Source: a virus (Duplodnaviria > Caudoviricetes). From it: DNA of 40,955 nt. The position numbers and the translations under genes were made by a program. A model generated the notes under the pieces. The model was not told where the DNA came from. It saw only the letters and a list, made by a program, of their open reading frames with translations, and did not search any database. Below, piece by piece: positions 36,521-40,955 of the stretch; the stretch's first letter is position 1, and every line of letters starts with the position of its first letter. The stretch covers positions 1 to 40,955 of the IMG/VR virus record IMGVR_UViG_3300030207_000712; one strand, written 5' to 3'.

Positions 36521-36840
36521 TACCATTTCACCTTATTAGCCCACCAAGCCGCTGACATTTTACCTCTAGCAATATTCTTAGCGTGACGAGCTTTAAATGA
36601 TTTACGCTTTGCTTTCATTCTAGCAGACTCACCCTTCTTAGGTTTACCAGCAGTTCCTGAAAGTTTACCAACTCTTTTACCTTGTTGACCAAAGCGTATT
36701 GTTTTTATTTTACTACCTTCTTTGGCAACAACTATATGTGACTTAGTGGGATGATTAGGTGTTCTCTTTGGTTTGTTATAACCAGAGACACCAGCCCTTT
36801 TAAGTCTAGAGTCTTTTTTCTTACCCTTCTTAGCAGGCAT
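36520..36840 (-). CDS. Highly basic protein (DUF6321-like)
   Basis: GYNKPKRTP.HPTKSH.V...K.IRFGQQG...RKSFKARH...SAAWWANKVKW. Confidence 0.75.
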   Translation of the reverse strand: MPAKKGKKKDSRLKRAGVSGYNKPKRTPNHPTKSHIVVAKEGSKIKTIRFGQQGKRVGKLSGTAGKPKKGESARMKAKRKSFKARHAKNIARGKMSAAWWANKVKW

Positions 36841-37016
36841 TATACACCAATCTTCTTAAGAAGAACACCTTTGATAATTTTCCAAAGAGCTTCTAATATA
36901 GCCTTTTCTGTTTTTTCACTGATGATTGGAATATCAACAGCTTTATTAATTTCATCAATAATTTCATCACCTGTTTTATCAGATAATAATTCATCTGCTA
37001 TCATTTTCATTAACAT
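36840..37016 (-). CDS. Hypothetical protein (58 aa, not in track)
   Basis: MLMKMIADELLSDKTGDEIIDEINKAVDIPIISEKTEKAILEALWKIIKGVLLKKIGV; AAGGA SD. Confidence 0.7.
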   Translation of the reverse strand: MLMKMIADELLSDKTGDEIIDEINKAVDIPIISEKTEKAILEALWKIIKGVLLKKIGV

Positions 37017-37017
37017 A

Positions 37018-37164
37018 TTAGCTTTCCTTTATCTTTTTTGTTTTTAAGTATAAATAATAAATTTGTATTGCAAACATAACACACATTAATATACCAGATA
37101 TTAAATCTGTCCAGTAAACAAAGCCTAAGCTTGTACTTAATCCAGTAACTTTCAAACTATCCAT
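37018..37164 (-). CDS. Small membrane protein, holin candidate (48 aa, not in track)
   Basis: MDSLKVTGLSTSLGFVYWTDLISGILMCVMFAIQIYYLYLKTKKIKES; hydrophobic core with basic tail. Confidence 0.55.
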   Translation of the reverse strand: MDSLKVTGLSTSLGFVYWTDLISGILMCVMFAIQIYYLYLKTKKIKES

Positions 37165-37165
37165 T

Positions 37166-37483
37166 TTAATGTTTTCCATTTATCCTAGATAGCGAACCAT
37201 CTATCCTAGATACTTGATTATCTAAATCATTTATTTCTTTAGTCAATGCATCAAACTTTCTATCTAGCTTATCATCAGATTGATTCCATCTATTTATTAG
37301 CTTAATAACCATACCTTCCATATTTTCAAGGGTTTCGCTTTGACCTTTATTTTCTACTTTTAAATTCTCTAAAGCCTCTTGCTGTGCCTCACTCTTCTTA
37401 GATAAAGAGATTACTAGATAGACGAACATTACCCCAACAACGCCTATCATCCCAGCCTCTCCGTATACTGCCATAAAATCCAT
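37166..37483 (-). CDS. Membrane protein, N-terminal TM plus coiled coil (holin or spanin candidate)
   Basis: GMIGVVGVMFVYLVISL followed by heptad repeats; in the lysis neighbourhood. Confidence 0.6.
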   Translation of the reverse strand: MDFMAVYGEAGMIGVVGVMFVYLVISLSKKSEAQQEALENLKVENKGQSETLENMEGMVIKLINRWNQSDDKLDRKFDALTKEINDLDNQVSRIDGSLSRINGKH

Positions 37484-37596
37484 TATGTCTCCGCTATTAT
37501 TATATAAGGATTAAACTCCTTGTTTTCCCAAAAACATATAGTTAATTCCTGTAATTCGTCAACCGACAAGTTTGATGTATAAATTAACATTATCAT
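37483..37596 (-). CDS. Hypothetical microprotein (35-37 aa, not in track)
   Basis: Fills the gap with ATGA and TAATG overlaps: MIMLIYTSNLSVDELQELTICFWENKEFNPYIIIAET. Confidence 0.4.
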   Translation of the reverse strand: MIMLIYTSNLSVDELQELTICFWENKEFNPYIIIAET

Positions 37597-37913
37597 TTTT
37601 TCTTTTTTTTACCCCAACTAAATGGGTTTAAATTCAATTCTTTTTCATAAAATGCTACTTTCTCTGCCAACTCTTCTCTTTGAGTCCTTTCTTCCACGAT
37701 ATGTTTATTAAGTAAATCCCCAATTTGTTCATTAGCATTAGCAACTTTATTTTCAAGTGATTTAATTCTGTTTTCAATTTGCCAATAGCCATAGACCAAA
37801 ACTGCAATGAGAACACATCCTTGAGTAAGCCACTTAAGGTTAATACTGACAATGGCGTTATCATCAAGAATAGCAGTGCGATAACTTCTAGCGGTATCAG
37901 GTTTCCCACTCAT
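37593..37913 (-). CDS. Membrane-anchored coiled-coil protein (i-spanin candidate)
   Basis: One TM helix followed by coiled coil; adjacent to a lipoprotein gene. Confidence 0.55.
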   Translation of the reverse strand: MSGKPDTARSYRTAILDDNAIVSINLKWLTQGCVLIAVLVYGYWQIENRIKSLENKVANANEQIGDLLNKHIVEERTQREELAEKVAFYEKELNLNPFSWGKKKKK

Positions 37914-38137
37914 TTAGCCACATCTTCATACTGGTGATGAACCCAACACCAATTAGAAGTTTCATAAATTCTACCATGATAATAATGCAAAACTGAGTCA
38001 GTCCCCATTACTTCTATAAAAACCGTATTTGTAACTGTATCCTGAGGTGTGAGCTCTAGATTCGCTACGCTCCAACCTTGACTGCAACCGCTTAGCATTA
38101 ATGTATTTAACAGGGATATCATAACTCGTACTAACAA
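37910..38137 (-). CDS. Lipoprotein (o-spanin candidate)
   Basis: Hydrophobic signal ending in the lipobox LSGC. Confidence 0.55.
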   Translation of the reverse strand: MLVRVMISLLNTLMLSGCSQGWSVANLELTPQDTVTNTVFIEVMGTDSVLHYYHGRIYETSNWCWVHHQYEDVAK

Positions 38138-38255
38138 CTTGACAGCTCTCCTTTTTTATTTTATTATTCAAAATATTTTTTAAACCAATTTTTAATTTTT
38201 TGCCACATAGAAAGTTTTTTCATCTTAAGTCTTCTTTCCATTCTATAGGTTCTTC

Positions 38256-38564
38256 TTACCCTCTGTAAGCTATGCATACCGCTGTAGAATCTGTGTGGTT
38301 TACAATCCCACTAAAGTTACCATAAAGTATCTCTCCGGGTATTAGATTTACAAATGAATCTATATTATCCCCTATATTAGATGTAACCTTTATTTTAAGA
38401 AACTCAGTCGTACCACTAGAATCCTTACCCAACGCCTGTATAGCAATCCAAGAACCTGTATCTGGATTAACAACAGTAGTATCGTGTTCTCCTATAACAT
38501 CGAAACCATTCTGACCTATTAATAGATTAGATGCTTCTTTCTGTGTATATTTATAAAGACTCAT
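38256..38564 (-). CDS. Hypothetical, probably virion protein
   Basis: 102 aa beta-rich; LIGQNGFD and G..IYG.F motifs. Confidence 0.65.
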   Translation of the reverse strand: MSLYKYTQKEASNLLIGQNGFDVIGEHDTTVVNPDTGSWIAIQALGKDSSGTTEFLKIKVTSNIGDNIDSFVNLIPGEILYGNFSGIVNHTDSTAVCIAYRG

Positions 38565-38755
38565 TACTTGGAACCAAATACCTTTGAGAAAAAGCCTTTC
38601 TTCTTTTTCTTACCCTTTCCTTTAATTTTTTTCTTGCCTTTTTTCTTTTTCTTTTTAATTTCCTCGCTAGACGCTAACTGCTCATACTGAACTGAACTAG
38701 GTGGATTTGCACTAATAAAAGAAAAAGCCATTAAAAAAGCCATTATCTTTTTCAT
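38564..38755 (-). CDS. Signal-peptide-bearing poly-Lys peptide
   Basis: MKKIMAFLMAFSFISA followed by KKKKKKGKKKIKGKGKKKKKGFFSKVFGSK. Confidence 0.65.
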   Translation of the reverse strand: MKKIMAFLMAFSFISANPPSSVQYEQLASSEEIKKKKKKGKKKIKGKGKKKKKGFFSKVFGSK

Positions 38756-38757
38756 AT

Positions 38758-39207
38758 CTATACCTTTATATGTTTTGAGACTTCTTCATCCCCAGCCATC
38801 ATTGGAACTATCCTTGATAGCAACTCTGATTTAGTTTCTGAACTAGAGTATGAAATACCTCGTTTATCGTAAAAATTTTGTATCTCTGCTTTTGTATTAT
38901 CCATCGTAGGATAATCAGACTGTGACGTAGCCACACAATTAATAAGATGATGGTGTCCGGGGTCTAGTCTACCATGACCTCCACCATGACTATCATCACA
39001 TTTATCAACGTAAGCCTGTTCAATCGTTGCCCAACTATCACTTCTCTGGACAATCTCACCATCTACAACCAAGAAGTATTTATACCTAGAAGGATAAGTC
39101 AGGGTCTCAGTCGTACCGTCTGGGTATGTCTTTTTCCTAGTAACACCGGGAGTACTGTTTCTGTACAATCGTAAATAATGACCCTGAGAACTTTTCCTTA
39201 TAAGCAT
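38758..39207 (-). CDS. Hypothetical protein with C-terminal HeH/LEM-like motif and His-rich linker
   Basis: NTKAEIQNFYDKRGISYSSSETKSELLSRI; SHGGGHGRLDPGHHH. Confidence 0.65.
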   Translation of the reverse strand: MLIRKSSQGHYLRLYRNSTPGVTRKKTYPDGTTETLTYPSRYKYFLVVDGEIVQRSDSWATIEQAYVDKCDDSHGGGHGRLDPGHHHLINCVATSQSDYPTMDNTKAEIQNFYDKRGISYSSSETKSELLSRIVPMMAGDEEVSKHIKV

Positions 39208-39281
39208 TATTTATTATAACTCTCCCATACAACTAAGTATGTTAATAATGCAGATGCAATAAGTACCATTGATAGCAACAT
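39207..39281 (-). CDS. Hydrophobic micropeptide (24 aa, not in track)
   Basis: MLLSMVLIASALLTYLVVWESYNK; stop/start overlaps on both sides. Confidence 0.45.
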   Translation of the reverse strand: MLLSMVLIASALLTYLVVWESYNK

Positions 39282-39508
39282 CATTCTTCTTCTTTAACCT
39301 CTTCAGATTCTAACGACTCTTTCAACATCTTAACAAATGCATCGTGACCTACTCTTAGTTGGTCTGCAATAAAACCATTAGATGCTTGTTTGTTTTGTAT
39401 GTCGTTTATATGATTTACCATCATCTTCTGTTCGTCAGTTAAATCCTCAATGATATATTCTTTACCATTAAGATTAATAACTGGCTTTTCTTTTTTTTCT
39501 TTAGCCAT
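39281..39508 (-). CDS. Hypothetical protein, possible tail fibre assembly factor
   Basis: INLNGKEY.IEDLTDEQK motif plus coiled coil; AAGGAG SD; downstream of the fibre gene. Confidence 0.65.
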   Translation of the reverse strand: MAKEKKEKPVINLNGKEYIIEDLTDEQKMMVNHINDIQNKQASNGFIADQLRVGHDAFVKMLKESLESEEVKEEE

Positions 39509-39527
39509 TATTGACTCCTTGTGTTAG

Positions 39528-39566
39528 TTAACAATTGCAATTTTTGCAGTTACAGCATTTACACAT
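39528..39566 (-). CDS. 12-aa Cys-rich micropeptide MCKCCNCKNCNC (not in track)
   Basis: ATG directly follows the upstream TAA; AAGGCGGT SD-like element; 6 Cys in 12 codons. Confidence 0.5.
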   Translation of the reverse strand: MCKCCNCKNCNC

Positions 39567-39806
39567 TTAACTACCGCCTTGTCGTTTTATTTCATTATCT
39601 AAATCGTCAGAAACTTTATCTGCAATAGCATTTATTTCTTCATCAGACCACTCAGAACGAGTTTTGTATTCATCGTCTGCAGAAGGAACATAAACTGATG
39701 ATGCTGTTATTTTATTACCATCAGAGTCTATGCCTTGTTTAATAAATTTTATTTTTTCTACTACATCCATTCCTGAACATATTTTAGCTTTCCATTCTAT
39801 TGCCAT
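39567..39806 (-). CDS. Hypothetical protein, possible fibre chaperone
   Basis: AGGAG SD; directly after the tail fibre gene. Confidence 0.65.
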   Translation of the reverse strand: MAIEWKAKICSGMDVVEKIKFIKQGIDSDGNKITASSVYVPSADDEYKTRSEWSDEEINAIADKVSDDLDNEIKRQGGS

Positions 39807-39815
39807 TATTTACTC

Positions 39816-40955
39816 CTAAGTTGTAACTCTAATTTCTACTGCATATACATCATAAGTTCCCGATGCCATTGCAACTTTTAATACACCACTTGCGGCACTA
39901 TATGTTCTTGCGGCGGCAGAACCAGATATGCCTTGCGATGCAATAACATCAACATCACTCAATGAATAACTAACTAAATCGTGAGCCATGTTTCCACCGC
40001 TATTCATCCAAACCATTGCCAATGCTCCATACTGAGATGCTTCTCCTATCGCTGTAGCACTTGTTCCTACACTAACTGCATCTCTAAAATTATTTCTAAT
40101 GCCAGTACAATGAACTGTTGCAGTTCCTTTTCCACTGGTATTACCCATATAAACTTTTGCTATAGATGCGTTACCAATTGTTGCTGTGTTATTTGCCACT
40201 CCTGCTGCAGCATATCCTATTACTATTTGATTTTCAGCCGCACCAGCAGATACATCTGCACTTGTACCAATAAGAGTATTAAATGCTCCAGAGTTTGTAA
40301 TAGTATCTCCAGCATCTTTACCGATTGCCACATTATTATAACTATCGCCATTATTAGTAAGTGCATTATAGCCTACAGCAGTATTATTACTTGAAGTTGT
40401 AACTGCATCAAGAGCAGATTTTCCGACAGCGACGTTGCCTGAGCCTGTTGTCACAGCTAATAATGAATTATGACCTACTCCGACATTATTTGCTTCTGCT
40501 CCAGATGCACCAAAACCAGATTTAAATCCCACATAGGTATTTGCATCGCCAGTAGTGTAAGCACCAGACCTGTCTCCAACTGCTACATTTTCGTCACTAT
40601 TAGTATAATATAAGGATTCTGCTCCAATTGCTGTGTTAGAATAACCAGTAGAATTTGTGTATAAAGAGTTCCATCCAACAGCAGTGGTTTTATACCCAGT
40701 TGTGGTTGCTTTCATACTTTCAAGTCCAATAGCAACGTTACCAGAACCAGTAGTCAATATCTTTAAACTATCCTTCCCGATGGCGACTGTGCCATCTGTA
40801 CCAGTAGTTGTATTAGTAGCATCCCCATAAAAAGCATTTGCACCTATAGCTACACAATTTGCAATTCCATTAGCAGTACCATTCATTACTCTCATTGCAG
40901 AATCACCAATAGCAACATTCTTACTTGGGCTTATTGCATCGTGTAAGGCTTTGTG
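39816..40955 (-). CDS. Tail fibre / receptor-binding protein with YadA-like beta-roll repeats (C-terminal fragment; gene starts beyond the window)
   Basis: About 14-residue repeats N(V/T)A(I/V)GxxAL; frame is open to the window end (HKALHDAISPSKNVAIG...). Confidence 0.8.
   Translation of the reverse strand, partial: HKALHDAISPSKNVAIGDSAMRVMNGTANGIANCVAIGANAFYGDATNTTTGTDGTVAIGKDSLKILTTGSGNVAIGLESMKATTTGYKTTAVGWNSLYTNSTGYSNTAIGAESLYYTNSDENVAVGDRSGAYTTGDANTYVGFKSGFGASGAEANNVGVGHNSLLAVTTGSGNVAVGKSALDAVTTSSNNTAVGYNALTNNGDSYNNVAIGKDAGDTITNSGAFNTLIGTSADVSAGAAENQIVIGYAAAGVANNTATIGNASIAKVYMGNTSGKGTATVHCTGIRNNFRDAVSVGTSATAIGEASQYGALAMVWMNSGGNMAHDLVSYSLSDVDVIASQGISGSAAARTYSAASGVLKVAMASGTYDVYAVEIRVTT

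Noticed and set aside
38164-38241. 25-aa ORF MERRLKMKKLSMWQKIKNWFKKYFE (minus strand)
   Set aside because: A plausible amphipathic peptide, but with no clear SD or coupling to neighbours; too weak to call.
38758-39207. His-rich segment as evidence of virion iron binding linked to the Fur box
   Set aside because: A few His residues are insufficient, and the visible part of the fibre has no HxH motifs.
655-40394. Antisense or out-of-frame track ORFs (e.g. 655..906, 1522..1902, 7349..7843, 10052..10330, 16014..16298, 34648..35154, 36751..37047, 39981..40394)
   Set aside because: They are nested in or opposite well-supported genes or regulatory DNA, lack SD signals and have shadow-like composition.
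39816-40955. Diversity-generating retroelement or DNA tandem repeats in the fibre gene
   Set aside because: The repeats are degenerate at protein level; no reverse transcriptase or template/variable repeat pair is visible.

Overview
AT-rich (roughly 35% GC by eye) segment of a dsDNA tailed phage with podovirus-like architecture. It resembles uncultured marine phages and looks like a permuted, near-complete genome, truncated inside structural genes at both ends. Minus strand 1-9.2 kb: head and packaging genes (major capsid, scaffold, P22-like portal, TerL, TerS) with a gamma-glutamylcyclotransferase and a metallophosphoesterase embedded. 9.2-10.5 kb: a divergent control region with a C-run, a 20-bp-periodic TCGA array, a perfect CRP-type box and a Fur-type box, probably near the genome end or packaging site. 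Plus strand 10.5-23.8 kb: early and replication genes (pyrimidine-dimer glycosylase-like protein, two Zn-ribbon amidoligases plus a class II glutamine amidotransferase, Cas4-like nuclease, Rad52-like annealase, SSB, Holliday junction resolvase, DnaB). Minus strand 23.8-41 kb: ejection proteins, tail nozzle, M15 endolysin, a string of very basic microproteins, lysis-type membrane proteins and a repeat-rich tail fibre. I saw no integrase, DNA polymerase, tRNA or CRISPR array. Best leads: (1) the early amidoligase/GATase 'writer' with a late cyclotransferase 'eraser'; (2) host-regulator boxes (CRP, Fur overlapping a rare GATC) in the entry region; (3) avoidance of GATC, CCWGG and GCWGC alongside TAG/CTAG saturation; (4) repeated [YM]xxGG motifs in ejection proteins; (5) an unannotated structured RNA and a 12-aa, 6-Cys peptide. 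All family calls come from motif recognition by eye; no searches were run and counts are manual.
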